Source: a virus
Lineage: Duplodnaviria; Caudoviricetes
DNA: 64,000 nt
Virus record (IMG/VR): IMGVR_UViG_2030936005_000025
Span: 1-64,000 of that record
Reading direction: 5' to 3' (one strand)
Shown: piece by piece, positions 1-9,637 of the stretch
Numbering within the stretch: the first letter of the stretch is position 1
Layout of the letters: each line of letters begins with the position of its first letter
Notes under the pieces: model-generated
The model's database searches: none
What the model was told of the DNA's origin: nothing
The model's input: the letters and a program-made list of their open reading frames with translations, nothing else
Made by a program: the position numbers and the translations under genes

Positions 1-1530
1 TCGCTTGATGGAACCAATCCACTGAATCACACCGATTGTGAATACTTTATTATCTATAAAGAGAATCTGCGTTCAGGGGAATACGATCCATTAATCAATG
101 CGATCTCTAAGAATGGTAAAGAACCGGTTAAGATCATTGTGGACGAATCTCATAACTATAATGAGTCGAAGTCACAACAGTCTCAAGGTTTGATTCAGTT
201 AGGCTCTCATCCGTATGTTTCTGATGTGTTGTTTATGTCAGGCACGCCGATTAAAGCACAGGGTCGTGAGACCTTTGTTCTGTTCAAAGTTATTGATAAG
301 TATTTCGATAACTATGTTCAGGATGACTTTAACAAGATGTACGGTCGTGACAATGCCTTCTTGAATGAAATGCTGGCTCACCGTTTGGGTCGCATCAAAT
401 ATACCATCAGTGCTGTTGATGGGATGGGTAAACCACCTGAACCGATTCCTTGGCCTGTGGCATTCCCTGGTGCTGAACGTTACACCCTCAATGCAATCCG
501 TGCTGAGATGATGGATTTCATTTCTGAGCGTGTGAAGTATTACCATAAAGTGATGCCGGAGTATATTGATAACTGGCGTCGCTATGTGGATAACTATCGC
601 TCCTGGATTAAAGGCGATGCGCTTGAAGAAGCAGAACTCACTCAGTATGTCGATACTGTCGAATACTTCCGTAAGTTTGGTTACAACAATTTCACGGATG
701 CTGACAAGTCGAAGTTCTGTCATCGGGTAGAAGCGAAGATTGAAAACGAGTTGCGTGGTGACGATCTCAAGTATTTCCGTAATATCAAATCTGCGGTGAA
801 ATACCTCAGCTTGAAGATACGTGGAGAAGCGCTAGGACGCGTTCTGTCGAGAGCACGAATGGATGCAGTACGTGACACCATTCAACACGCTAGACTGCCT
901 GAGCTTGTGAATGCGGTGAAGAAAAAGACGGTTATCTATACGTCCTACATCGAGACAGTTAATGAACTGGTGACTTACTTTGCAAGCATCGGTATGAAAG
1001 CATTAGCGGTCCACGGTGAGAACAGTAAGGACATCGATAAGATCGTCAATCAGTTCCGTGATGATAAAGATGTTCAAGTTCTGATCACCACGTTCAACAC
1101 CTTGAAAGAAGGTTATCCGTTGACCATGGCTAACCAGATCATCTGCATGAACGCACCTTTCCGTTCTTACGAAATGAAGCAGACCATTGCGCGTATTTAT
1201 CGTAAAGGTCAGGATACTGAATGTTTCGTTTATCTGCTTGATCTTGACACCGGGAATGAGGAGAACATTACCTCTCGTTCAATCGATATCATGGAGTGGA
1301 GTAAGGAACAGGTGGATGTGCTTCTGGGTGGCGGTAAGTTGCCGACTCAGATTGATGGTAACTCACTGGCGGTTAAAGGTCTCTGGGGTACATCCTTCGC
1401 TGGCTTTGAAAGCTATTGGGATGTTGCGCCTTCTGGTGCTGAGGAATGTGATAGCGAGTTGTACCAATATCACAACCATTTCAATCACCAGACTTCGTTC
1501 CGTAAAGTCACAGCCAACGCATTATTCTAA
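1..1530 (+). CDS. Superfamily 2 (SNF2/Rad-like) helicase, 5'-truncated by the window
   Basis: Frame 1 is open from base 1, so the track start at 139 is internal. Motif II DESH, motif III SGTP, HelicC region (TLKEGYPL, QTIARIYRKGQ). Confidence 0.85.
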   Translation, partial: SLDGTNPLNHTDCEYFIIYKENLRSGEYDPLINAISKNGKEPVKIIVDESHNYNESKSQQSQGLIQLGSHPYVSDVLFMSGTPIKAQGRETFVLFKVIDKYFDNYVQDDFNKMYGRDNAFLNEMLAHRLGRIKYTISAVDGMGKPPEPIPWPVAFPGAERYTLNAIRAEMMDFISERVKYYHKVMPEYIDNWRRYVDNYRSWIKGDALEEAELTQYVDTVEYFRKFGYNNFTDADKSKFCHRVEAKIENELRGDDLKYFRNIKSAVKYLSLKIRGEALGRVLSRARMDAVRDTIQHARLPELVNAVKKKTVIYTSYIETVNELVTYFASIGMKALAVHGENSKDIDKIVNQFRDDKDVQVLITTFNTLKEGYPLTMANQIICMNAPFRSYEMKQTIARIYRKGQDTECFVYLLDLDTGNEENITSRSIDIMEWSKEQVDVLLGGGKLPTQIDGNSLAVKGLWGTSFAGFESYWDVAPSGAEECDSELYQYHNHFNHQTSFRKVTANALF

Positions 1531-1535
1531 TTGTG

Positions 1536-1563
1536 ATCCTACCTGCCGAAAGGTAGGTAGGAT
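1536..1563 (+). terminator. Intrinsic terminator hairpin
   Basis: ATCCTACCTGCC-GAAA-GGTAGGTAGGAT followed by TATTTGTT. Confidence 0.75.
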
Positions 1564-1600
1564 TATTTGTTATTCACTCTTCTTCTTTAGGGATATAGGT

Positions 1601-2590
1601 ATGAGCTTTTCCGACATTGAACACTTTGGGACAATGATTGACGGCTGTGAAGCATTGCAGTCCGGTGACCGTAAATCAGAGTCTGCACGTTATGCTTTTT
1701 CTGTTTTGAGAATTCAACAACCTGACATGGCGTCCGTCGCCGGTCAAGAAAGTTTCACCAGCACGATTGTTAATGCAGGTAAACACCTGTATGAGATGAT
1801 CAAAAACTTTATCCGATCCATCAGAGATTTCTTCTTTGGTTCTAAGGGAGCCAAGCAAGAGGTTGCAGTTAAGAAAGCAGAGGCTGACCTTAAGGATAAG
1901 AACAAAGAAATTAAAGAGGCGCTGAAGAAGAATAACTCTGACGGTATGGGCGATTCACCTTTAGCTAACGACATCCGTAAAGCGGTTAGCAGTGCTGAAG
2001 CCCTGAACAAAGTTCTGTCAGGTGACGGTGTTATCATCAGCTTTGAATCTATCATTGATAACAAAAAGCTGGATCACGTCACTCTCTTCGATATGATCCA
2101 CAACTCCCATGATCTGGGTGTGGGACTGTCACCAGACGACTATAAACTGTATCAAGTACAGAAAGAGATTCAGGAGTTCATTAATAAGTTCAAGCATGAG
2201 TCTGGCATTACTGATCGTTCTCCAAATTCAGTTATTATCACCTCATCTTACAACGCTGAACTTGCTGGTGCACAGTTAGGTGAAATCTTCCGTCTTGCTC
2301 GTAAAGGTCTGGAACAAGTTAACAAGGATCTGGAGAAAGTCAATAATCAGTTCAAACGCCATGAAACAGGTAACAATGAAAAAGGTATGGCAATGGCTCG
2401 TACTGTTCTGATTGCCCTCAGTAAAGTAGGTAGCCGCCTCACTGATCTGATTCGTCTCTGCCTGAACACCTTAGGTGAGTTGGAGAAGAAAATGAATTCA
2501 ATAATGAGTTCATTAGAGCTTGATACCAACAAAGATGCAGCTAATGAATTGATGGACGCTTTCGATACCACTCGCAAGTTTGCCTTATAA
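1601..2590 (+). CDS. Probable internal head (virion) protein, phiKZ-like paralog family, 329 aa
   Basis: ATG at 1601 after AGGGA/AGGT. The track extension to 1187 overlaps the helicase and crosses a terminator. Propeptide motifs GCE and GQE precede an amphipathic helix (YEMIKNFIRSIRDFFFG). Confidence 0.7.
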   Translation: MSFSDIEHFGTMIDGCEALQSGDRKSESARYAFSVLRIQQPDMASVAGQESFTSTIVNAGKHLYEMIKNFIRSIRDFFFGSKGAKQEVAVKKAEADLKDKNKEIKEALKKNNSDGMGDSPLANDIRKAVSSAEALNKVLSGDGVIISFESIIDNKKLDHVTLFDMIHNSHDLGVGLSPDDYKLYQVQKEIQEFINKFKHESGITDRSPNSVIITSSYNAELAGAQLGEIFRLARKGLEQVNKDLEKVNNQFKRHETGNNEKGMAMARTVLIALSKVGSRLTDLIRLCLNTLGELEKKMNSIMSSLELDTNKDAANELMDAFDTTRKFAL

Positions 2591-2595
2591 TATAT

Positions 2596-2623
2596 TCCTC
2601 TGTGCCTCTCGGGGCATGGAGGA
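2596..2623 (+). terminator. Hairpin terminator
   Basis: TCCTCTGTGCC...GGCATGGAGGA followed by TTATTTGTT. Confidence 0.65.
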
Positions 2624-2662
2624 TTATTTGTTATCACTCACTTTCACTTATTAAGGTTTATT

Positions 2663-3724
2663 ATGGATCGTTCTTTTGCTGCATGCGCGGGCTTCGAACA
2701 CGAAGCAGAATTACTTATTGGCTATGGTGACTTGTTAGATGCTCAGGAAAATAATGTAGAGAAAACCCCTGAAGCAGTTTACACCGAAACCGTATTGAGG
2801 TTGGACGGTGGAGTTTATGATATCGTTGATGGTCAGGAAGGTTTTCTGGACAATATCAAACGTGGGGCTAACAAAGTCTACGAATGGATCAAGTCCATTA
2901 TCAAAGCGATCAAAGAGTGGTTGTTTGGTAAGCCTCGCCGTGAAGTTATTGAGGTAGAAAAATCAATCACTAAAACTTCAGTTGATCTTGACAAGTTACT
3001 TGATAGCCCAGTGCCTATGTCAATCCCCGATGTATCAATCGAACGATCAATTGAAGAAAGTAAGATGGAAGTTGCTAAACGCATTAAAGTGTTAAATGCA
3101 GTTAAGAAAGTTAAAAATGAAGATCGTAAAATTATTGACGGGACTGTTATCGAACACACTCCGTTGGTTGAACACGATCGCTCAGAAAAATTGGTGAACG
3201 AGATGGGTGTGAAGTTAACATCTCGATTGGACTCTGCTGCTAAGAACATTGAAGAAATTGAACGGGTCGATCCAGAGAGAATCATTTCTAAGGAACTGGG
3301 AATCAACAAGTTCTTAATCCTTTATTCAAAAACAGGCATTAGTGGTTCCAGAGTTTTATTGAATTTCGCTGACACTAAAACAATTACGTTGGCGGCTGAA
3401 CGAATTGTTAAGGTTGCACGTGAATTCGATACTGCTTTATCTCAAGCTACAAAGGGCTTAGAGAAAATGAATAACGAAGGACCGTTCGCCGTTGAAGATG
3501 AACGTGCCCGTCAAGTTTCTCGTGCTGGTAAAGTAGTGTTGGAACTGGGTAATGCGGCTAACAAAATGCGTGACTTAGTCATGACGTTAGACTCCCAGTT
3601 ACTTAAGACTGCTGGTCAGATTGAAGCGGCAGAAATAAGAGCAAGACTAACTGAGGCGATGAAGCATACCAGCGAAGCTTCGAATCAGTATCTGCAAATG
3701 GCGCTTGATGAATTAAAGTTCTAA
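2663..3724 (+). CDS. Probable internal head protein, paralog of 1601..2590
   Basis: GFE, AQE, GQE motifs, then GFLDNIKRGANKVYEWIKSIIKAIKEWLFG, homologous to the upstream gene. Confidence 0.7.
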   Translation: MDRSFAACAGFEHEAELLIGYGDLLDAQENNVEKTPEAVYTETVLRLDGGVYDIVDGQEGFLDNIKRGANKVYEWIKSIIKAIKEWLFGKPRREVIEVEKSITKTSVDLDKLLDSPVPMSIPDVSIERSIEESKMEVAKRIKVLNAVKKVKNEDRKIIDGTVIEHTPLVEHDRSEKLVNEMGVKLTSRLDSAAKNIEEIERVDPERIISKELGINKFLILYSKTGISGSRVLLNFADTKTITLAAERIVKVAREFDTALSQATKGLEKMNNEGPFAVEDERARQVSRAGKVVLELGNAANKMRDLVMTLDSQLLKTAGQIEAAEIRARLTEAMKHTSEASNQYLQMALDELKF

Positions 3725-3735
3725 ACAGACTTATA

Positions 3736-3763
3736 CCTCTCTACTCCAATTGGAGTAGAGAGG
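3736..3763. terminator. Bidirectional terminator, perfect 28-bp palindrome
   Basis: CCTCTCTACTCCAATTGGAGTAGAGAGG between convergent genes. Confidence 0.75.
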
Positions 3764-3796
3764 CTTGAGTAAAGTAAAGAGTATTGCTTTATATTT

Positions 3797-5218
3797 TTAT
3801 CTGCCTAATTCTTTTAGGCTATAAACACGCAGATTCGAAATACTGTTTGAATGGATGTAATCGTAATCTGGCGTTGAGACAATGGTGCGATAGCTCACGC
3901 CTGCTGGATCATTGAAGTCTAATGCGAGATAGACTTTAATGTCTTCCACTTTATTTACGATCAAACTGTTCAGCGAGTTACGCTCTGGCATATCGTACTT
4001 CACCGATAAGTTAATCTTTACCGGTTTAACACAACCTGGTGCTTCGATCATGATAGGGACTGACAAGGTGTTGTTTGTGAAGTCTGGATGGATCTTCCAT
4101 TTACCCTTAGGGTCCTTCACAAAGAAGTTATCAGTAATATCGATGAACTGATTCTTACGATACCAACCTTTGTCATCACGTTTGCGGAAGAACCCATAAA
4201 TGAGATCTAAAGCAATGTGAGCATCACGGATGCGATAACTTAATCCTGGCGGGTCAATGAACTCAACCAGAACTGCATCCTCAGTACTCCCCACTGTCAT
4301 AGGGGCAACCAAATCCTTCTTGCCAAATACGCCAGGGATTGTATCGATCACTCGGGCAATCTCTTTTGACTTGACGAAGTTTAAGTTACCAGCCGACATG
4401 ATGTTATATGGATTCGGCTTATGCTTCTGACAGAAGTTAAACAGTTTATCCAACACCGTGATAGGAGTCTTGGTATAGAGCGACGAATAGAACACATCCG
4501 GCGTTGCTTTACCGTAATAGTTTTTATCAGGGTCAACACGACCAAAGGTGTATTTACGATACCCTAATTCGTCGACATTAAAGAAGTCAGATTTGTCACC
4601 GGTGTTGAAGTACCAACGCGATGCAGTTACTAACTTGTTAAAGTCAACTTCTGGATCCCTGTAGCTTTTCAGGTCAAGCTTATCCAGTACCAACTCGTCA
4701 GAAGCAGGGAGTTCGGAAAGTGCAACCGCGAGTTCCATTTGCTTGTGTGCAACTTTACAACCTTCGCCCCCTTTCGCGTAATACTCGATATCAAGAATGA
4801 TGTCTTTCTTGTGCGCTTCGTACAGACCGTGAACACGTTTGAACAGCTCAGCATCCAATGAATCTGGATGACGACCTGCCATCACCATTTTGTGTCCTTT
4901 GGTGCAGTTGGTAATCACCAGCAATTTATTTCCGTCAGTTTTGTTTGACAACCATTCGTTGATTATCATTTCAAACTGGAGCAGGAAAGCTGCTGTTTCA
5001 TTCAGTTGGTTCAGGACGCGTCCGTTATAAATATCGACCATATCCACAGGGATACTTTGATAGTTACCATTCACAAAGAAACCGTAAACAGTAGGTGCGT
5101 CTTTAATAAGTTTGCGTTTGCTCTGGTTTGCAGGATCATAAGAATACCCATGACCACCTGCCAGACCAACGTTCTTATCTTTAACGAATGAGCTAACAAT
5201 GTAATAGACAATGTTCAT
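3797..5218 (-). CDS. RNase H-like protein (phiKZ-type, long C-terminal domain) with degenerate catalytic residues
   Basis: N-terminal pattern YIVSS...GGHGYSY...NETAA...ITNC...GGEGCKVAH parallels RNase HI YTDGS...ELxA...TDS...GNExAD. Assignment from memory of the family. Confidence 0.55.
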   Translation of the reverse strand: MNIVYYIVSSFVKDKNVGLAGGHGYSYDPANQSKRKLIKDAPTVYGFFVNGNYQSIPVDMVDIYNGRVLNQLNETAAFLLQFEMIINEWLSNKTDGNKLLVITNCTKGHKMVMAGRHPDSLDAELFKRVHGLYEAHKKDIILDIEYYAKGGEGCKVAHKQMELAVALSELPASDELVLDKLDLKSYRDPEVDFNKLVTASRWYFNTGDKSDFFNVDELGYRKYTFGRVDPDKNYYGKATPDVFYSSLYTKTPITVLDKLFNFCQKHKPNPYNIMSAGNLNFVKSKEIARVIDTIPGVFGKKDLVAPMTVGSTEDAVLVEFIDPPGLSYRIRDAHIALDLIYGFFRKRDDKGWYRKNQFIDITDNFFVKDPKGKWKIHPDFTNNTLSVPIMIEAPGCVKPVKINLSVKYDMPERNSLNSLIVNKVEDIKVYLALDFNDPAGVSYRTIVSTPDYDYIHSNSISNLRVYSLKELGR

Positions 5219-5276
5219 CTGTAAATACCTGACGTGTTTTTGTTATCTAACATTCTATTCACGTCCTTGTCTTATT

Positions 5277-5681
5277 TTATTTCTTCCGTGTCTTATCAGT
5301 TAACTGTGCAATGTCCGACTTCAGTTTAGCGTTCTCATCCATTAGGTTGTGAATATCAGCATCCATTTCTTTCAGCTTGGTATTTTTCTTTTGGATTTCG
5401 CCATACTGGTCGGTGTTAATGCGGAATAACTGGTTCATGTTTTCCTGTTGAGTTCCCATGAAGGTATCGATCTTCTCCACAGAACGCTCCAGGTCATTCA
5501 TATACCAACCGGTAACAATATACTTAGCGGTCATCGTCGCTGCCATAAGCGCCATCATGAGAGCAAACAAAAGCACCTTCTTAAGAAGTTGTTCTTGTTT
5601 CTCTTCATAGGTAGCACCTTTGGATACACGAATGAGATAACTGATAATCCTGTTGGTTAATTCCCTAAGAAAAATGTTCAT
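5277..5681 (-). CDS. Membrane-anchored coiled-coil protein
   Basis: Hydrophobic segment VLLFALMMALMAATMTA followed by a heptad-rich C-terminus. Confidence 0.7.
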   Translation of the reverse strand: MNIFLRELTNRIISYLIRVSKGATYEEKQEQLLKKVLLFALMMALMAATMTAKYIVTGWYMNDLERSVEKIDTFMGTQQENMNQLFRINTDQYGEIQKKNTKLKEMDADIHNLMDENAKLKSDIAQLTDKTRKK

Positions 5682-5732
5682 TGCTGCGGTTCCACCAAAT
5701 TAATAATGTTTATTATAGCTAAAGGTTAATTT

Positions 5733-7064
5733 ATGTCAACAAACCTCTATAGTTGCTTTGCTGTAATCAATGACTTGATTATCAATGGATCAACGTCACC
5801 ATTAGGTGAATTAACAAATAACACAATCACGTACGCCAAAGAGCCTGACTTTTATAGTCAAGCCGCAACACCAATTACGTTGGTGGGTTTCCGTGGTGTG
5901 TCGGAAACTTCAAATTACGAGAAGGTTCCAACTGACTTTGTTAAACCTGTGATCGACATGATCAATTGGCTTTACGGGCAAGCGACAGCCAGCAAGACCA
6001 CGAATTCATCTCAAGCTTGTTTGCAATTGCTTAAAGCAACTTACGTGACAAACTGGACATGGAATGATGTCGGCGTGATGGTCACCAACAATGCGATCTG
6101 GTTGCCCTCAAGCATCAGCTTTACTTTGAAAGTGGGAACAGCTACTCACGACTTCAAAATTTGGCTTGCTAATGAGTATTTCGCTGTTGAGTTCCCTTAT
6201 CGCGAAATTTATGTGGTCCATCCAATTCCCATTACGGATATCGACTCACTTGCGGATAAAAACTATAAGCAAGTACAGGCGTTAATTCAGGCGCAAACCA
6301 CTTCAAAAATTGAAGCTCGTGTTGATGCTCTATTAGGAAAAGGTTACCCCCCTTATAGTGCTCGTATTGTGTACAGCTTCGATATTTATGATTTGGTAAA
6401 TACACCAAACAAGAATAGCGGAGACTGGACGGTAATCTATTATGGTAACCCGAACGACGCGGAAGAACAGACGTATGAGCAAATCAAAAGCTGCATACTG
6501 TCTAATTCCAAATATGGCGAAGACAAATGGGCTGACATCATCCCCGATTTGTTTAACCCGTTAGAGTTTGCCATTGTTCCTTATTGGAATAATATCGGTA
6601 TTCAAAACGAAACCGTTAAGGGTTCTACCCTGAGTCCTATCTTTACTTACGACGGCGGTACTGATCTCCCAACGAAATATGGTGCCCTGTGGGATAGCAG
6701 TCAGATCATAAAATCGTTACAGGTTGTTCCTTCTCTCTATAAGTCCGCTTCAATGGCCTTTGTTGGGAAGCCAACCAACCATAATGATCTGATCCACATC
6801 CAGGATATCTTCCCGGATTATCAGCTGATTCCTTCTACCGATTCTCAAGCGGGCATGATGAGCAAGAAGACATCTCAGTTCATCTTTGATCTGGAAGGTC
6901 TGTTAGCAGCCGGTGAGTCAGTTACGCCTGACGGCATGCCACCAACGGGTATTCAGCGTGTAACCAAAAACGGTATGCTTTATATTACGCGTCGATCTTC
7001 CGGCGTTAAGCTTAGCATGATCACCCGTTATCAATTCGTTAAAGATGGAATTCTTTCTGAATGA
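5733..7064 (+). CDS. Putative virion structural protein, 443 aa
   Basis: Long ORF with AGGT RBS in a plus-strand late block. Function inferred from context. Confidence 0.6.
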   Translation: MSTNLYSCFAVINDLIINGSTSPLGELTNNTITYAKEPDFYSQAATPITLVGFRGVSETSNYEKVPTDFVKPVIDMINWLYGQATASKTTNSSQACLQLLKATYVTNWTWNDVGVMVTNNAIWLPSSISFTLKVGTATHDFKIWLANEYFAVEFPYREIYVVHPIPITDIDSLADKNYKQVQALIQAQTTSKIEARVDALLGKGYPPYSARIVYSFDIYDLVNTPNKNSGDWTVIYYGNPNDAEEQTYEQIKSCILSNSKYGEDKWADIIPDLFNPLEFAIVPYWNNIGIQNETVKGSTLSPIFTYDGGTDLPTKYGALWDSSQIIKSLQVVPSLYKSASMAFVGKPTNHNDLIHIQDIFPDYQLIPSTDSQAGMMSKKTSQFIFDLEGLLAAGESVTPDGMPPTGIQRVTKNGMLYITRRSSGVKLSMITRYQFVKDGILSE

Positions 7065-7723
7065 CAGATACAAACATTATTCCCCAGCTATACGCTAAGG
7101 GTTCGTTTGTAGCTAATGCTCCTTTTGATAGTGTCGTCAGTCCCGCTGCTTTCTATACAGTAGTGGACACAGTAACTCCTTCCCAGATGCAAGCCAGAAA
7201 AGCTGACTTGTTTAAACTGGTGTGGGAGCCTGCTGGCGTTAGTGACGCGGACTATCAAGTACAACTGAATACCTTGATTAATCTCAATGGTGCGATTGTT
7301 GTACTCTCCAGTAAGAACGGGCCTGATGTTTATGTGCCTTCTACATACATCAAGTCTTTCCCACTGGTTGATGGCGTTATCTACGAACACCTGTGTATCA
7401 TCACAGATTGTGGTGCAGTTCCACCTGATTTCAAAGATGTGCTTAATTCAGCTGTTGATCATTTCAATAACTATATGAAAGACAACTGTGGATTAGAGAA
7501 TCCTCGTACAGTAATCGGCACTATCCAAACACGTGGATACGTTCCTAAGGAACAAGCCGAAGCCTGGGAGAATACTCGTCAGTCTAAGATCAAAGAGAAT
7601 CCCTCTGATCTGGTCAGACTGAATAATGCACTGGCAACCAATGCACAGTTAACTGCATACGTTGCGGAATTGGAAGCTGCACTCAAAGCGGTTCAAACCA
7701 CTTCGACTGAAGATAAAAAATAA
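7061..7723 (+). CDS. Putative virion structural protein, 220 aa
   Basis: ATGA overlap with the upstream gene, C-terminal coiled coil. Confidence 0.6.
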   Translation: MTDTNIIPQLYAKGSFVANAPFDSVVSPAAFYTVVDTVTPSQMQARKADLFKLVWEPAGVSDADYQVQLNTLINLNGAIVVLSSKNGPDVYVPSTYIKSFPLVDGVIYEHLCIITDCGAVPPDFKDVLNSAVDHFNNYMKDNCGLENPRTVIGTIQTRGYVPKEQAEAWENTRQSKIKENPSDLVRLNNALATNAQLTAYVAELEAALKAVQTTSTEDKK

Positions 7724-7733
7724 AACAAGATTA

Positions 7734-7764
7734 ACTCCACTCTCCCATCACGGGAGAGTGGAGT
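7734..7764. terminator. Bidirectional terminator
   Basis: ACTCCACTCTCCC-ATCAC-GGGAGAGTGGAGT between convergent genes. Confidence 0.8.
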
Positions 7765-7771
7765 ATCTTTA

Positions 7772-8395
7772 TTACAGGTTAAAAATTTTAGTTGTGATTT
7801 GTTCTAAACAAACATTGCGAGCTTGGAGCTTAGTTCCTTTCAGAATGTCCCAGCCACCGTATGTGCTTGTTTCGATCCAGAGATCATCACCAATCTGATA
7901 ACGTGAGAACAATCCACTGGAGATTGAATCGATCGCTTTAAAGATTGCTTTTCTTACTTTGTTAGGTTGAGATACGATTCTATCAAAATGATATTTCAGC
8001 ATCCCTTGTTTAAGGAATCCAAGATAAAGGTCAAAGTGACTTTTATCAGGCTTCGTTACACCAACTTCTTTCCATTGAACAAACAAAGTAATCCGTTTAT
8101 TCAGCGCATGACAATCAAGTTGTAACCCGCGCTTATCGGCACTTAAAAAGATCACCGATGATTTAAATACTGATGCAGCTGCACGCTCCCATAAAGCACA
8201 TTCAATATAGGGACGAGCGATATCTGATTTCACCCGCATTGGGTAAACGATTAATGGAGTTTTATCCGATGTTCTAAAAGCCTCGTAAAAGTTACCTTTG
8301 CGAATATCCAGTGTCTGGATAGATTTTGAGACGATGTCTATTTCACGAAACATAGGAGCAGGTTTCGCGGTTAACGTACTTTGGTGATTGTACAT
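7772..8395 (-). CDS. Hypothetical protein (start MYNHQ, about 207 aa)
   Basis: ATG at 8395 avoids overlap with the upstream gene ending at 8418. Confidence 0.65.
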   Translation of the reverse strand: MYNHQSTLTAKPAPMFREIDIVSKSIQTLDIRKGNFYEAFRTSDKTPLIVYPMRVKSDIARPYIECALWERAAASVFKSSVIFLSADKRGLQLDCHALNKRITLFVQWKEVGVTKPDKSHFDLYLGFLKQGMLKYHFDRIVSQPNKVRKAIFKAIDSISSGLFSRYQIGDDLWIETSTYGGWDILKGTKLQARNVCLEQITTKIFNL

Positions 8396-8417
8396 TATCT
8401 TATTCCGGTTGTAGGTA

Positions 8418-9110
8418 TTAAACGAAGAAACGTGGTTCCGGCGTAGCGGCTTTAGCAGCACGTAACTCAGCGCTTTTTAATCCAGCTTCTCTGCCGAATT
8501 CCTGTTTGTCTTTCGCATACTTGCTTTTGGGGTTATCTGACGGTTGAACAAAGCTACGGAAATCTTTGTCTTCGTGCAGGAACACCATGGCAGCAATCTG
8601 CATTGTGAAGTCATACACGCCATCAGCACGGCCTTCACGATCATAGAAGATGCATTGGTTAAGATCATGACCAATGTGCTCCTGGATCAGCTTAGCTTCA
8701 CTAAGACTGTCGCCTTGCAGTTTTGTGTAGTAATCTGATTTCACGTTGACGATCTTTTCCAGATCAATGATATCAGAAATATCCACTGCCTTAATAAAAG
8801 TGCGTTCACGGTTATTGCGAATCCCGAGTTCAGGAACAAACCCGTTGATATGTAACAGGATAGGGGAACGTTCTTTGATCCCAACATGCGCACCGTGAGT
8901 TGGATAGATCTTCCAGCCCATGCAGATGCGCAGTTGGATGAACTCTTTTGGATCGTAGAGCTGACGCGTCTTATCGGGTATATGCTTGAACAGGTTGGTT
9001 TTAAAACGATTCAACACCTGGTTGATTTCGTAAACGTATTCAGCAGGGTGGTCGATTTTATTGCAGTTGTTCAGGGACAGCTTTAATGCCCCAATAATAC
9101 TGTCGATCAT
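8418..9110 (-). CDS. Hypothetical protein, 230 aa
   Basis: ORF in a translationally coupled operon. Confidence 0.7.
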   Translation of the reverse strand: MIDSIIGALKLSLNNCNKIDHPAEYVYEINQVLNRFKTNLFKHIPDKTRQLYDPKEFIQLRICMGWKIYPTHGAHVGIKERSPILLHINGFVPELGIRNNRERTFIKAVDISDIIDLEKIVNVKSDYYTKLQGDSLSEAKLIQEHIGHDLNQCIFYDREGRADGVYDFTMQIAAMVFLHEDKDFRSFVQPSDNPKSKYAKDKQEFGREAGLKSAELRAAKAATPEPRFFV

Positions 9111-9637
9111 GAGATTGAATCCTTAACTTTATTTGATAACTGTATGTAACGTTCTAATCTGAAAATGACGGACTTACCATTGATGATGCTGAGCTTATCC
9201 TTATTGAGATAGAACCGTAATGCATCTGGCGTTTCCTTTCCGACATAGCCACGGACTACATCAGGCAGGAGAGGTCGAACAGCCAACAACCCGAAGTTAC
9301 GATTACGGTTAGACAAACGACCGTTATCAAAGTCCAGGAGAATGGCAAAGATCGCATGGAGTAACTCACGCTTTTTATTGGTATCAGGCAAATCATGCAA
9401 CTTGAATGTACGTGGTTTCTGATTCCGGTTATATGGGAACACCACCAACACTCCGACGTCTGACACCCCATCTGCTTTGTTGTGAAATTTAACTAGAGTC
9501 ATATCCTCAGATAAATTGATCAGGAGTGGACTGTGGTTTGCATTCATTGCAACCTTCACCCAAACGTTCTCATTATCATCGGGGACTTCACCTTCGCCTA
9601 GGATAAGCGTTCCATGCTGACTTACGAATAGATTCAT
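9107..9637 (-). CDS. Hypothetical protein, 176 aa
   Basis: Abuts both neighbours (4-nt overlap and 0-nt gap). Confidence 0.7.
   Translation of the reverse strand: MNLFVSQHGTLILGEGEVPDDNENVWVKVAMNANHSPLLINLSEDMTLVKFHNKADGVSDVGVLVVFPYNRNQKPRTFKLHDLPDTNKKRELLHAIFAILLDFDNGRLSNRNRNFGLLAVRPLLPDVVRGYVGKETPDALRFYLNKDKLSIINGKSVIFRLERYIQLSNKVKDSIS

Noticed and set aside
1187-1600. N-terminal extension of the 467-aa track ORF
   Set aside because: Overlaps the helicase and crosses a terminator. The ATG at 1601 has an RBS and matches the paralog.
5277-5681. i-spanin call for the TM plus coiled-coil protein
   Set aside because: No embedded or adjacent lipoprotein (o-spanin) ORF or lipobox found, so left as a membrane coiled-coil protein
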